Assembly (NCBI GenBank): GCA_010909165.1
Contig: VJWM01000173.1
Coordinates: 372,001 to 436,000, forward strand
Source of the DNA: Anthoceros angustus
Taxonomy: Eukaryota; Plantae; Anthocerotophyta
DNA: 64,000 bases
Reading direction: 5' to 3'
Positions 11,145 to 24,495 of this stretch are shown one piece after another. Positions within the stretch are counted from its first letter, which is position 1. Each line of letters starts with the position of its first letter. The position numbers and the translations under genes were made by a program. The notes beneath the pieces are model-generated. The model saw only the letters and a program-made list of their open reading frames with translations, was not told the DNA's origin and did not search any database.

Positions 11145-13722
11145 ACCTCAGAACGCCCAACCCGCTCGGTTGAACGAGTGACGTGTATGCCTGGCAGTCC
11201 CTCGCCTTTACCGGGCATGCCAGGGATTGGAGCGATGTATCACCAGTGACTGTCTCGTCACAGTCGGCTTCGACCTCCGCATGGCCAAAGTGATCCATAC
11301 CAACCCGCCGAGGTTCGACAAGGCGCGTTCCAGAGACTTGTTGCGCACCATCTATCCAACTTGCTTACGCAAGATAGTGGCAGCTGGTGTGCGGCACATC
11401 ACAATGCATGGCCTCGCAAGCAAGGTCTATGGGCGACTTTCGCTAGCGGACCAGCCGGGCGCACACTATGTCCCGTATCGTGAGTAAATGGTTCGATCCC
11501 AAGGGTACCTCACCTTCAGCCTACTACTTCTACCTACTTTGGGTAGAACCCCTACAGGTCAAAACCCATCGCTAGCGCACTAACTCCGGACTCTAAGGCT
11601 GAAGGCCTAGACCTACCCGGTAGAACTCACGTTTTAGGAAGCCCTCGAGGTGGCGAATCTGCTGCTCAAGAGGCTTCCGACGCTCAAGAGCTACCACCTG
11701 GAAGTGCCGGGGCGGTAGGTGCGCATGCTCCACATGGGTCACCGAGCCTGTAATTCATCGGACCAACACCCTGAGCGGACTCCCCACCCCTTGGGCATTC
11801 GTACAAGCACCTCGACCTTTCACCACCGGGATTCCCATGACAGACTCGCAAGTGGGCCCAGACAACCAAACTCATCCGCATCCTTCTGGCTAGTGTACCG
11901 CTAGTCCCTCCTCGCCTTTGCTTCCTCACATCCGTCCTCATCCAATCCTTCTCTCGCGAGGGAGTGCGTTCAAGGTGTGGCTTCACGTTTCCAGGGAGCA
12001 TGGTTGCAGCAATACCTCCATGGCGCGTGCGAAGCGTGGCGTTTGGGCTCCTTCCCTCTCTGGCTCCATTGCTCTTGTCGCTAGCTACCACTCCGACACG
12101 CTTAACCCCTTCGCCCGCCAGGAGGAACAAGGGGCGGGCTCTTCAAAGCACCTACACTCACCACCACGTGTTAGCAGGCTCGTCACCAGAGCCAGGATAT
12201 TCCTCTCCGAGGCAGTCCGCTCACTCGGTGACTTGAGCAACGCATACACACTGCGCAAAGCGGAGTCCAATGAGAATGCGGAATCAAACTCAAAAGGGAA
12301 TCACATTACAAGAGCGGCAAGCTCCTTCTTATACAGCTCTGAAGGCTATGCCTTTCTTATAACCCCTAATGGCCTCTACCTACTTTGGGTAGAACCCCTA
12401 CAGGTCAAAACCCATCGCTAGCGCACTAACTCCGGACTCTAAGGCTGAAGGCCTAGACCTACCCGGTAGAACTCACGTTTTAGGAAGCCCTCGAGGTGGC
12501 GAACGGCGTTCAGTAGCTTCCGACGCTCAAGAGCTACCACCTGGAAGTGCCGGGGCGGTAGGTGCGCATGCTCCACATGGGTCACCGAGCGCCGGGTAAT
12601 TCACTGGACCAACACCCTTCGGAGCGGTACTCCCCCCCACCCCCTTGGGCATTCGTACAAGCACCTCGACCTTTCACCAGCCGATTCCGGCGGACAGGAC
12701 CTGCAAGTGGGCCCAGACAACCAAACTCATCCGCATCCTTCGGCTAGCAGCCGCTAGTCCCTCCTCGCCCTTTGCTTCCTCAGTGCCATCCGTCCTCATC
12801 CAATCCTTCTCTCCCGCCGTGAGGGAGTGCGTTCAAGGTGTGGCTTCACGTTTCCAGGGAGCATGGTTGCAGCAATACCTCCATGGCCGCGTGCGCGTAA
12901 GCAGGGCCGGTTTGGGCTCCTTCCCTCTCTGGCTCCATTGCTCTTGTCGCTAGCTACCACTCCGACACGCTTAACCCCTTCGCCCTGCTTGTGAGGAACA
13001 AGGGGCGGGGCTCTTCAGCACCTACACTCACCACCACGTGTTAGCAGGCTCGTCACCAGAGCCAGGATATTCCTCTCCGAGGCAGTCCGCTCACTCGGTG
13101 ACTTGAGCAACGCATACACACTGCGCAAAGCGGAGTCCAATGAGAATGCGGAATCAAACTCAAAAGGGAATCACATTACAAGAGCGGCAAGCTCCTTCTT
13201 ATACAGCTCTGAAGGCTATGCCTTTCTTATAACCCCTAGCTGGCCTTGTCACCTACCTACTGCCAGCTACCTTATTATTCCTACCTATACTGACGTGATG
13301 CGGGAAGGGATACCAGATCCCCCACATGCGCCTACCTCCGCCTATAACGACTGGGACACTGACCACAGCCGGGCCCCCTTGCTAGCGGCCCAAGGCCCCT
13401 ACCCAGCACCGAAGGGGCACCTAGCCAGATTATTCGCAACCCCTGCAATTGTCACTGTCCGCATCTCGTACTACGCTCTCATGTGATGCTTCACTTCAGT
13501 ACCTGACCCTGGGTCGTGAAGCCTTTGCCGCCGCCCTAAAAATGCTTATAACGGCTTCAGGCAGGATCTGCGGCCCCAACCAACTGCATGTCAGGTTAGC
13601 CCTACTGTCGACCACGTGTCCATCTTCCAATAGTTACTTCCAGTTCCCGCCGGACTGGCCTTCCGCGCTACACATCGGACTTCCTCCGAACTCGCTCCAG
13701 ACCATCCCGCATTGGGGGGGTT
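11145..13722. mobile_element. GC-rich non-coding repeat, probably LTR-retrotransposon derived, with internal ~845-bp tandem duplication (about 11529-12373 and 12374-13237)
   Basis: The duplication is directly visible. Abrupt GC shift relative to AT-rich flanks; shares cggtgact...gcgcaaagcgg motifs with the retro-associated repeats at 50.9 and 56.6 kb; ends in a G tract. No recognisable protein. Confidence 0.4.
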
Positions 13723-14651
13723 GTGATTATGCCGGGGCGTAATTTGGTGCAATGTGGGCCTTATTGCCCAAGCTTGCCTCCTATCCTACACACAACACCC
13801 CAAAAAAAACAAAACCACTGGCTATTTTTTTCGGGTTCTGTTGAAAGTATATTTTAGCCGAAATGTACTATTCTCATCCGTGATGCAACAACCTGCATAT
13901 CCACTTAATTCTTGTATGCCACACTTATAGGTGGACACCGCAATTTTGAAGAGGTGAAAATATCAGAACTGTTGGTTACACGCTACTTTTGCATATCCAC
14001 CGTTCATCCCGTACAAGCGTTTCTGTTCAAAAACAAACGGACTAAGATGAGTGCGCAAACTTGTTTGTGCACCTATCGTGGTAGGGCGTAAACTTGTTAA
14101 CGCAAAATGAGCAAGAAGACCCAAGTGCGCCCATATCTCGCACTCAGGGGCAAAGAGACCCAGGTGCGTGCACATGCCAATACACATAGGGGCAAGAAGA
14201 CCTAAGGGTATGAACCACAGGTGCAGCCCCCTTGCAGTTTATGCCCCTTGTGCATTTTCATACGGTTCATTCCCAAAAAAAAAAAACCAACATAGGTGTT
14301 TTTGGATTGTTTTTGGCGTTTTCAACCCTTTTCAGACTTTCCAGCATGGAAGTGTGCAAACATCTTTGTGCACTTCTGGTTGACTTAGTCCTCATCTTCT
14401 TTCTCGTGATCAAAACCTTAAACAAGTAGTGAGGTCCTTCAACATCCTGAGAGGTTTGGCGTAGCCCCAACTCCAAGTGTAGAGCATGTCAATTTTATTG
14501 TTGCAATGCATGTGGATCAAGAGCATCAATGTTTGAGAAACGAGGTCCAATCAAATTCCCGTAATGAGAGTTGTCTTGGAACCAACTAGTGCGAGTGAAA
14601 GGTGGATGAGCAAACAAGTTTGCACACTAGAATCATAACGTATTTTATAAA

Positions 14652-15533
14652 TTATTTATTTATTTATTTATAGATCATTAGGCGTATGCAGCCGTGAGGC
14701 TATGACGCCTGAACAGGAATCAAAGACAGGAATGAAGTGACATTTGGAAGAGCGTAAAAGCAAAGAAAATAGATCAAACAAAGATCAGAAGACCAAATAG
14801 CTTTGCTAAGGAACCTGCACTAAAAGTAGTCGTCAATTAGCTTGAAGTAAGAGATAAGTTTCCCTCTCAATTTGGAAATACTGAGGAGTTGGCGCATATC
14901 ATAGTAAGAGCCCTAAAAAATCTGGTCCCACTTATTGCGGGTAGCCAAGCACTAATCAAGGATGTGCTGGCGGGTTTCTTCGGAAGACATACATTTCCGA
15001 CAAAATGGGTTTCCAGCGATGTTGAATCGCCTGAAATAAGCCCTAATAACCATATGCCCAGTCCGTAACTGGGTGAGAAACGATGAGACCTTACGATCAT
15101 GAAGGCCAAGACATTGTAACACCGACGCCGAAGGGCCACCAAGCACCACTCGCTTTAGCGCAGAAGCTTTAGTAGATGAGACCCACTGTACATGCTACTC
15201 CTGCAAACCTGCCACCTGAATCTGTTGACGCGCTCTGGACACAGATAAGGTACAATCTTCACTGGAAATTGGAAGAAGAGATGGCTGCCCTAGCAGTAAT
15301 ATCTGCCAGCTCATTGCCGACTACATTATTATGGCCCGGAATCCAGTGGAGGTTTAGGGAAACTTGAGGGTGAGCAAGAGAGAGGGCATGGAGAGCGGCC
15401 CGAGCCCGTATTAAGATAGCCTGGGAGGAGCACGCAGATGTGTCAGTTAAAGACAAGATAGCTGCTTGGTTATCAATGGATATGTTAACTGAGCGAACCC
15501 CACAGAGTGTAGCTAAAAGAGTAGGTAGATACA
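14652..15533 (-). mobile_element. 5'-truncated LINE (RNase H + C-terminal CCHC, Tad1/I-group-like) with (TAAA)n tail and 11-bp TSD
   Basis: ISIDNQAAILSL...LHWIPGHNNVVGNELADITARAA (non-LTR RNase H); LTQLRTGH...PFCRKC...ETRQHIL. Tail at 14652-14670; TATTTTATAAA at both 14641-14651 and 15534-15544. Contains in-frame stops. Confidence 0.88.
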
Positions 15534-18419
15534 TATTTTATAAAAATTCTATAAGTTTGTATTCCAACTACTGGTCGTGAGAATAACCTTGTTTTAGGAA
15601 ACCTCATAATTTGATAAAATTTAAAATCAAATACTCTTATACATGCGTAAATAAGACCAAAACTAGTTTCGAAATGGCCCTTTTTGGTGTGCAATTGAGG
15701 TTCGCAGAAGTCTGTGTGCAAAAAAGAGATAATGGTGAAAACCCATTTCTACCCAAACGCTAATAAATGATTAAAAAAACAAAAAATCTTTGTAATACTT
15801 GAAATATGTGGAATCTTTCGAATATTTACAATTTTTGAAATTTTTGCAACCTTTGTAATTTGTGAAATCTTTGGAATCTTCAAGATCTTTGCAATCTTTG
15901 ACTTTTCTTTTCTTCATGAAGTTTGTAACTTTGAGAGAGGTTGATACAGCTATGGTGGCTATAAGTAATGATGAGAGTGGGTCGAGATTTTAAGCAGACC
16001 CAAGAAGAACATGAAGGTTGTGGCATGGCGTGGGAGATATGTACATTGTATGATGTTACAAAGATGTTCAATTAATACATTGTGTGAATTGTGAAGTGTA
16101 TCGGAGCGGTAGGGGCATCTTGAGAGACAACCTATACTGACTCAACAAGCATAAAGCGCACAAAATTCTCCAATTATGGGGCTTTCAAGGTGTCGTAATT
16201 TCCAACGAGTTTGGATGGCACCTCACAAACTTTAGAATTATCTTGGGGTTCCTTTGAAAAACCTTGTAAATAATTGGTTATGAAAACCGTAATCAAAGTT
16301 CTTAGGTTCCTCTTCATGAGTTGGATAAAAATAACTTTGGGCCATTGCAAATAGTGAAATCGGATGTAAGCCTTATTACTGAGAGAACAATAGCCCACCC
16401 CTATTTTGAATATATCATTCAACAAGCTGCGTTTGAGAGACTTGTTGCACACCACTTGTTGTTGGACTTGCTTATACAACACAGGGCTGCCGGTGTGCGG
16501 CAGCTCCTGTATGTAATTGAGTTCCTCTATGCATTTCCAAACTGAATGTGTTCAAACCAACTAACCCCGCCTCATCGGGTGTTTGTAGGTAAGGAGATGC
16601 TTTTCAATGGAGGTGGAGGCGAACATTGCCCTAGAAGCTAAGCGTGAATATGGCGATGCCTTCATCACATAATCTTGTTCGTTGATCATCCACAGCGCGG
16701 GCAATAAAAAAGAAAACATAGAATCTTTTTAATCTTTGGAATCTTCGAAATCTTTGCAATCTTTCAAATCTTGGAAATCTTAGAAATCTCAAAATCTTTG
16801 CAATCTTTAAAATCTTGCAATATTTGAAATGTTTGAAGTACGTTGTTGCCTCCAACAAGTCTAGGGGGTTTTATAAAACTAGAACTGTCTGAGGGTTCCT
16901 CTGAAAAAAATCATGGATATAAAACCCCTTATTAAACTTCCTGACATCCTCTTTAATAGTCAGATAGTGCCAGCTATTGCAGATAGTGGAATCGAATGAC
17001 AAGCCTCGTTACTGAAATAATAGCAAGCCCCCCTGTTCTGAAAGTAGCGTACAAAGTGCCTCTCGAGAGCTTCAATTATTGAAGCTTTGGAACTTCAGCC
17101 AGCTTTTGGAAGAAATGTCAATACTTGTATTATTCTTAGCATTTCTAAGCTACTGCTTACCGCTTTGGGAATTCGCAAACAGTCATTCCGAAAAACGGAG
17201 CCGAGAAACCCCGTGCGGGGGTCTCCTGATCGCGGTGTGAAAGTGCAAATTGGCTCCATATCACGGCCTCTTCGTAATTGAGCCTTTCCCAATTGTGTGT
17301 CTATTGGTTGAGCTTGTAGATGCTGAACATAAAATCCCTAATTTCAGTGTCTATACCATGAAAGTGTCCATTGTGGCCAACAAATTCACATCCCCATATT
17401 TCATGATAGAAACTCAGGTTAAGAGGTTTTCACTCATACAATTTTGTCGACTTGTAACAGTCTCATTGTTATAAGACACCAGCTAAAAAAATATATCATT
17501 GTTTCCTCCAACATACTCTAGATAGCAAAGCAATTGTAACCTTGATCTAGGCAGCCTAGCGTTTACATCTTGCAAAACGCTTATATTTTTCAACTCTCGG
17601 TCATCCAGTAGAGGGGAAGGCAGCAATGAATCGACTTCGTTTGAAGCTTTGATGAATTCTTAAACTTGTCCATGGATCTATGGCTCAAGAATGTACATGA
17701 AAATGAAAGGCTTAGCTCTCAAATAGTTCATCAGCAATATCATCTTTTAGGAACAATAAAACAGTAACAGCTTTCTTCCTCAACAACAACTAACTTCTCA
17801 ATAAGAGGAACCTACAGATCCCAATCCGAGTCTAAGTCCGAATTCGAATGCAATAAATATATATATAATTGTAAGGGGTAGATAATAGCGCAATAGAGGT
17901 CGGATCCCATAGCACCCTTCTTCAAACCTCTATGAAGATGTTGACAATACAAAATCGAATCACCTAATTATTAGAATCACTCATGTCCACATGCCATAAC
18001 AGTCCACTCCACCCTCGGCTGCCGCTGTTGCGAATGGCGATGAACGAAACCGCTACGACCTTTGTCTACTCCACCCTCAGCCACCACCGCCCGGGAATGC
18101 TACTGATAAAATCCCATGTGACCTGCATGTTTCAATCTCCACTCCCGTACCTATCTTGATCTTCGTATAGATAAGCAGCACCATATAATATCGAATACGT
18201 TTTTATTAAAGAAAGAGGAGATGAGTGAACCCATCTTGTAAAGGACATCAAGGGAGACCTCAAGGGTCATAGTAAAGAAGGAGCAACTAAGCTCCATGTC
18301 TGAAGTCATCTTCAGCCCCTACAATGTTATAACTAGGGAGATTGAATGACCTACACATTATTGAACTAGTCGAGGATGCATCTCCGGTAGTTACTGCTGT
18401 TCATAAGATGCCCTACAAG

Positions 18420-19050
18420 TGCCCTTTGAAGGGTAATGGACACCCGTTGCCGAAAGAATGTTGTGAAATAAGAGAGAGGTAGCCCGATGCCATATCTCCT
18501 TGTATGATATGCTTTGGCACATGACTTATAAATTTATCAAAGTCTTTAGCCAAGGCCCCATAAGTCTTTAAGGTAAGTGGGATGAACTAGAGGTGACCTG
18601 CCTGCATTCCCCTATATTTAATAACCTTGGAAGCTGCTGCTCCTGCTGCCGTCTAATATGGACGGTTTAGGATAACCTGTTTAGAGGTGGATTCCCGTAT
18701 AGGGTTAGAAACTACCACGTCTGCCATCGAGACTTGATCACCTTCGATAAGATACAAGTCAGCCCTGACCAACTAACCTATATATAAAGCATACCAACGC
18801 TTCCTCCAAGACATGTAACCACTTTCACGAGCCATAACAAACATAACATCACGAATGGCATCATGGGTGGTAATACATTAATCCCCATTGGGACAATGAG
18901 CAAGATGCGTCCTAGATGCGTACCAGACCTCTTGTCACATTCACAGACAAGAAGTGAGGAAGCCACTACTGAACCAAGCCCAGACGGAAACGCGTCGCTA
19001 TACTGAAGGTTAAAGGTGCGATATGAAAATAATATATGAGGTGCAATGCA
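18420..19050 (-). mobile_element. Decayed non-LTR retrotransposon with zinc knuckle and restriction-like endonuclease (CRE/NeSL-type)
   Basis: Minus-strand translation: CEC...THLAHCPNGD*CITTHDAIRDV...RADLYL...ADVVVSNP...FFRQRVSITLQRA. Confidence 0.7.
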
Positions 19051-19585
19051 ATGCTGATCATATAATATTACCATGTGGAAATAGAAAAATGCCTGGCAAT
19101 CTATAAGGCAAGCAAGGGAGATGCCGGGTTTGGGGAGATACAAAATAAAATGAAAACCGATCGAGACTTAAAATGATCAAAATGAGAGTATCTCATCTGC
19201 AACCAGTGTTAACTACCATGTTCTCTATACCACTTAGACCACTCAGCCCACCGGCGGGGACCGAAAAGTAAGTCCAACTCTCCCATTTTGATTAGCGCGG
19301 AGGATTTAGCGTGTACGTCCGCTGGGTTTTACTCGCCCTGTGGGAGATGGGGAGCAAAGGCACTGGCGACGGCGAAACCGAACGGTGTAACGGGACCGGT
19401 ACGGAAAAGACGACGATTGATACGAAAATTTCATGGCTAGGTGGTGGGTCCCACATGCTTTGGGAATTCGTTTGAGTGGAGATTTAGCCCAACCCCGCCA
19501 CTATCTACGTTGTGAGAAACATGGAATACAAATCCTGAATTCTGTAAATTCAGTCCGTGTCACCCTCTTCCCATTTCCGCCGAAG

Positions 19586-21653
19586 ATGGGTCTGATCGAT
19601 GTGTTGTTGCCCGTGCCTGGCTTCGAAGGCGATTCCGGATGGCCTCCTGGGCCTTGGGCTAGTTTGAAAGACGCAGGAGTTGATGTCAAGGCGGACCAGC
19701 CATCTTCGAAGAGGAGGAAGGCGGTTGAGGAAGGGTTCCTGCTGACAGAAGCCTCCAAAAAGAACGGAAAGCGCAAGAAAACAGAGGCCTCCAGTACTGT
19801 TAAGCTCTTTAGAGGATCAGCAGAATTCGGAAGGAAAGCCTCTACCAGGTTGAAGCAGGATTTTGTCCACCCTGTACCTTCATGCAAGAGCAAGGAGGGT
19901 GGATGTGTGGCTGTGCCGGATGAATCGGAGAGGAGAGCCAGGAAAAATGCCAAGAGAAAGCTGCGGAGGGAGAAGAAAATGACGTTACAGTTTCAGGAAG
20001 TTGCGGTGCAGGGCAGGAACGCGAAGCAGGCTGATGGAGGACATGTAGATGACAGCTCGGAGAAGCCTCATAAGAAAAGAGCTCGATCTAGAGTAGATGC
20101 TGACGAGGATGTCGCCGAACCGGCAGTTGGAAATCTCGGAAAAGATGTAGAAACACGTTTGGCTGGAGAGGATCAGCCTTCACAGCCAACTGGGGCTGGG
20201 AAGCCCTCCAGCTTTTTGCAGAAGGTTGCACTCTTGCTGATAATTAGGTTTTGGAGTTGGAAGGGTTTAGGGTTTAAGGTGGTGTGCTGATTCTGACTGA
20301 TCCGGAGGATGTGCAGATTCAAGCAAGGCTATGGGGTGGACAATTTCGCATGCTGAATGAGACTCTTTATACTTGCAAGTAATGTGCTTCTTACACTTGA
20401 TAATGCGGGCTAGTGGGCTTTTGTGGTTGTTGCTGTGTGGGAATCTAATGGAGGTTCTACATGATGCAGGGGTGAAGATGCATTTGCCCTCTTCCGGAAG
20501 GACCCATCATCGTTCGACGTCGTGAGTTCGCTTCCTCTCTTTGGATTGAGGTGCAGGAGGGTTTGATAGTAGAATGGGGTTAATAATCCTGAGTAGGGGT
20601 GCGAAAGTCATGTTTGTTGGCGTGCAGTACCATGCAGGTTACCAAGAACAGATGTCTCGGTGGCCCAGGCGTCCTGTTGATGTGATCGCTGATTGGCTGC
20701 GCACTCAAGGCTCTGATCTGATTGTTGCTGACTTCGGCTGTGGTATGTCTCTGCAGTCACCGGTCCGTTGGGACACTCTGCTTTGGCATCTCCTGGATTT
20801 GCCGTCTTGAATGATTGGTGGTTGGCATCATAGGTGATGGAAGGTTGGCGAAGATGGTGAAGAACAAAGCCTTCTCTCTGGACCTCGTAGCGACGAATCC
20901 CTCAGTAATTGCATGCAACATGGCTCATGTAACAGCACTCTGTACTGACCGAAGTTTCGAAAATCTGACCTCGAGCTGCCTGTAGTCATGGTTTTGACAT
21001 AACGCCCTCTTGCTGCAGACACCATTACAGACCTCGTCCGTGGATGTTGCTGTATTCTGTCTTTCCCTGATGGGAACCGATTATCCAATCTACCTGAAAG
21101 AAGCTCAGCGGGTGCTCAAGCCCAGGTACGTTCATCTCTATCTGCAAGTCCGCTCGTCAAATTTGCACACAATTTCTTTCCTCTTGTGCAGAAACTCTTT
21201 CCTGAGCCACATTTCATGTCTGCAGTGGCTGGCTGTTGATAGCTGAGGTGAAAAGCCGGTTCGATGTGAACAATGGTGGGGCGAATCTCGGGGAGTTCTC
21301 GCAGGCATTGAAGTCACTGGGATTTTCTCCCGAGTCTCAGGTGGGAACTTGAGTCCGCCCCATGTTGGTGCCAGCCCAGAATTATGCCTTTTTCCTTGGA
21401 AGCAGCAACTTCATGATCTCTTCTCCATTTCCCTTCTCGCAGGACATGTCCAATAAAATGTTCCTTCTACTCCACTTCAAGAAGCAGGCAAGCTGACACT
21501 CTTCTTGTCAAGTTCTGATGAGAAAAACGCAAACCTTCAGGTGCAAATCAGGTAACCCATATTTGTTGTTCCCTGCAGGCTGGGAAACCTCGAAAGCATC
21601 CCAAGGCGGCGAAATGGCCAGAGCTGAAGGCATGCATATACAAACGCAGATGA
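19586..21653 (+). CDS. RRP8: Ribosomal RNA-processing protein 8 (rRNA methyltransferase, nucleomethylin)
   Basis: Exons ~19586-20224, 20317-20378, 20470-20521, 20628-20742, 20834-20928, 21019-21125, 21226-21340, 21443-21487, 21579-21653. Motifs [47 protein letters not shown]. Start codon uncertain (19433 is in frame). Confidence 0.93.
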
Positions 21654-21737
21654 TCATTTTCCTTTCCCGTCCCTCTTTTAGCTCATGGTCATGAGGCTGT
21701 AATCTGTGTCTCTGAATATAATGCGAAAAAAGGGATT

Positions 21738-21802
21738 GATCATCTTCGCCTTCCGAAATGAGTCTGTATGATCATCTTCGCGTTCCGAAATGAGTCTGTA
21801 TG
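21738..21802 (+). repeat. ~31-bp tandem repeat x2
   Basis: gatcatcttcgc[c/g]ttccgaaatgagtctgtat occurs twice. Confidence 0.85.
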
Positions 21803-22050
21803 CAAATCAGCCCGAGCACCACACGTCCAGCCACAGGCATAGCCATAGCCATAGCCGCTCCAGGATGTTTCTGGACCTGGTGCGAGTTCGAATGTGAAAT
21901 GAATCCGATCTCGACAGTCAGGTGGCGTGGGTCCGTGCTGCCACTCGGACGACGCCCCAAGGCTTCTTGCTGGGCGATGAGGCTGGCGTGATCGAGCTGC
22001 GTCCTTTCCCCCACCTGCTCGAGGCGGCCCGTGCTGCCCCGCAGAGCAGA

Positions 22051-23504
22051 ATGCAGGTCCTGCACCGGGCGTCGCTGCATCAGCGGGCCAGCTGCATTCC
22101 GCCCGCGCCCTGCTTCGCCTCCTCCTCCTGCTCTGCAGATGCAGCATTGCGCGTGCGGCCGGTGGGCACCCACAAAGGCGGCGGCCCCGCCATCGCCCAC
22201 AACCGGAGCGTGAAGCTCTCCTCCCTCGGGGCCCTGTCCGGCCCGCCCTCCTGGTCGCTGGTGGCCAAGTGCCTGCCGCCTCTGCCCCTGCCCATGCTCC
22301 GCCGGGGCCGCAGAGTGCTGATCCGGGCCGGCGTCTCCAACGAGACCTCGGGCTACGCGTCCGCTGCCGTGGATGATCCTGCTGAAGCCCAGAAGCGAGC
22401 CCAGGTTGGTGTTGTGTGCTGTGGATGCCTGGCTGACATCCATGTAGAATTGCTGGAATGTTGGTGGGCTGGAAAGATTCGGTGGGTCGTAGTTCCTGCA
22501 GTGGTGTGTCCTTAAGATGATGCTGGGCCTGGATGATGGATGACATCCTCTCCAGGGTCGGGGTTTCGGCGCATGCTGGTTTCCTGTGTGTGTGTGGGCA
22601 ATCTGTGAAGAAGGAGGTGGTGGGCTTGCATGCAGGTTGCCAAGCGGCTGGAGCGCACTGCTGGCTACTTCAAGCGACTGGGGAGCTGGGGTTTCTGGAC
22701 GCAGCTCATCTGCACCGTGGTTTCGGCAGTGATCCTTGCCTTCTCCCTCGTCATAACCGGCTCTGCTACTGCGCCTGTCAGCCTGTATTTGACAACCGCT
22801 GGAATTGTTGCCGCTTTTCTGTCCGTCTTCTGGTCTTTCGGCTACATCCGGCTGGCTCAGAAGCTCCGTTCCAGCATCGCGGATCCCACCAAGGTATCAT
22901 CTGAAGCTGCATTTTAATCTTCTCTTGCTTATCGTCCAAACTCTCCAATGATTTTTCTTGCTGGATTCATCAAAAGCTGCTTCTGACTCTCTGATCTGCT
23001 AGGCATCTGCATTCCTTCATCACCGCTACCTTGTCTAGGGCTGGTGGTACCTGTTTTTTCACAACGTGAGCTTCTCTGTGTTGTACTGAATCCCGCAGGC
23101 ACCTCCTCGTGCCGAAGTGATCAAGAACCTGAGAAACGGACTGGTGATCAACATCCTGGGACTGGGATCCACCATCCTCGGACTGCAAGCAACCGTGGGT
23201 GCCCTGGTAGCCAAGGCCCTGACCTCCTCTGCATCACCCTACCTGCAGGGCCCTACTACAGGACACAGTCCCGTCCTCGCTCTGGATGTGTTCCTCGTCC
23301 AGGTACTCCCTCTTCCCATCTCCTTTCACCTCACTGTCCTTTTCATCAAATCATTCTTGCATCCTCTCATTTGCTACCCTCTTGCAGGCCTCGGGCAACG
23401 CCATCCTCTCCCATTACCTGGGCTTACTCTTCTCCTTGGAGCTGCTCCGTGCCGTGACCGTCTCTCAACCTCCACCAGATAACGTGATCCCAAAGGTTGC
23501 GTAG
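22051..23504 (+). CDS. TIC21: Chloroplast inner-envelope protein TIC21/PIC1/CIA5
   Basis: Exons 22051-22404, 22636-22893, 23099-23302, 23388-23504. AQVAKRLERTAGYFKRLGSWGFWTQL, LGLQATVGALVAKALTSSA, PVLALDVFLVQASGNAILSHY; N-terminal transit-peptide-like segment. Confidence 0.93.
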
Positions 23505-24495
23505 GCAACCTCCAAATTTTGTCGAACTCCAGCTTCCCTTAGTCTGTGAGCTCGGGCAGTTCAGGAACATGATTGCCGAATGCTCAACGAGCTTGAGAGT
23601 ATCAGAAGCCACTTACATAATACGTAGTATGAGTGGACTCTTCCAGGTACGCTTCTGAAGGCACAATTCCTAGCTGAACAAAGAGCATGTTTCTTGTGTG
23701 TCCTCTCTGGACAAAGTCTTCATTGAACTGTCACTAACTTTGGGGCACTCGAAAGTTCATTTTGTTATCTGAGCCCCGTTCAGTCGCATTGTTTTCATAT
23801 GCATATCTAAATAGCTATCGACGGCATAACGTTGTTTTCACTTTCCTGCAACGGTGTTTCCCCGTCTCCCCTTTCCCTCCGACCATTCCAACCGCAGAGA
23901 GAAGTTCACGCTCGGCTTTGTGCGTGTTGTTCCCAATAAACGCGCAAAATGAGAGCCAAGTGCGGAGCAGATGCTTTGATCCAATGCTTTGAACCGGCAG
24001 CCTGTGTGAAACGAGGAAATGGTGTCCCTCATGCTCCACGAGATATTTCAATCTTCCCTCCCGGGAACCTTTGATTTCTCTGTCCCGGAGGCTTTTGGTC
24101 TGGCGTGCTGCTTCACAAAGTACAGCAGGAGGATGGCAGGCAGGGGATTGGACGGCGATGTCGTCAGGAACAGCGATGCTACAGTAGTACAGAGGCCCTG
24201 CCACTGCATGTACTGCACTGCGGCTACGGTGGAGCCCATGGCGCATGGGCCTTCAGACAGCCCGATCCCTCTGGAACTCGCTTATCCCGTCACCGACGAC
24301 TCTATTTCGACCTCCCTTCCGTCACTACTTCACCTGCTCAGTGCACACCCTCCGGCTCGCAAGCGAGCGTACACCACATACGGAGTCTGCCCGGTGGACC
24401 CCCGGGTTTGGCCTTCACATCTGCCGCACCCACGAGAGGGACAGCCGACGTTCCTAGCAGCCTCCTCAGCTGAGCCCCTCCCCCCTGAGTAGTTC

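Noticed and set aside
13750-14270. Repeated gggcaa(a/g)agacc motifs as DNA-transposon subterminal repeats
   Set aside because: No TIR pair or TSD could be identified, so it is not called as an element.
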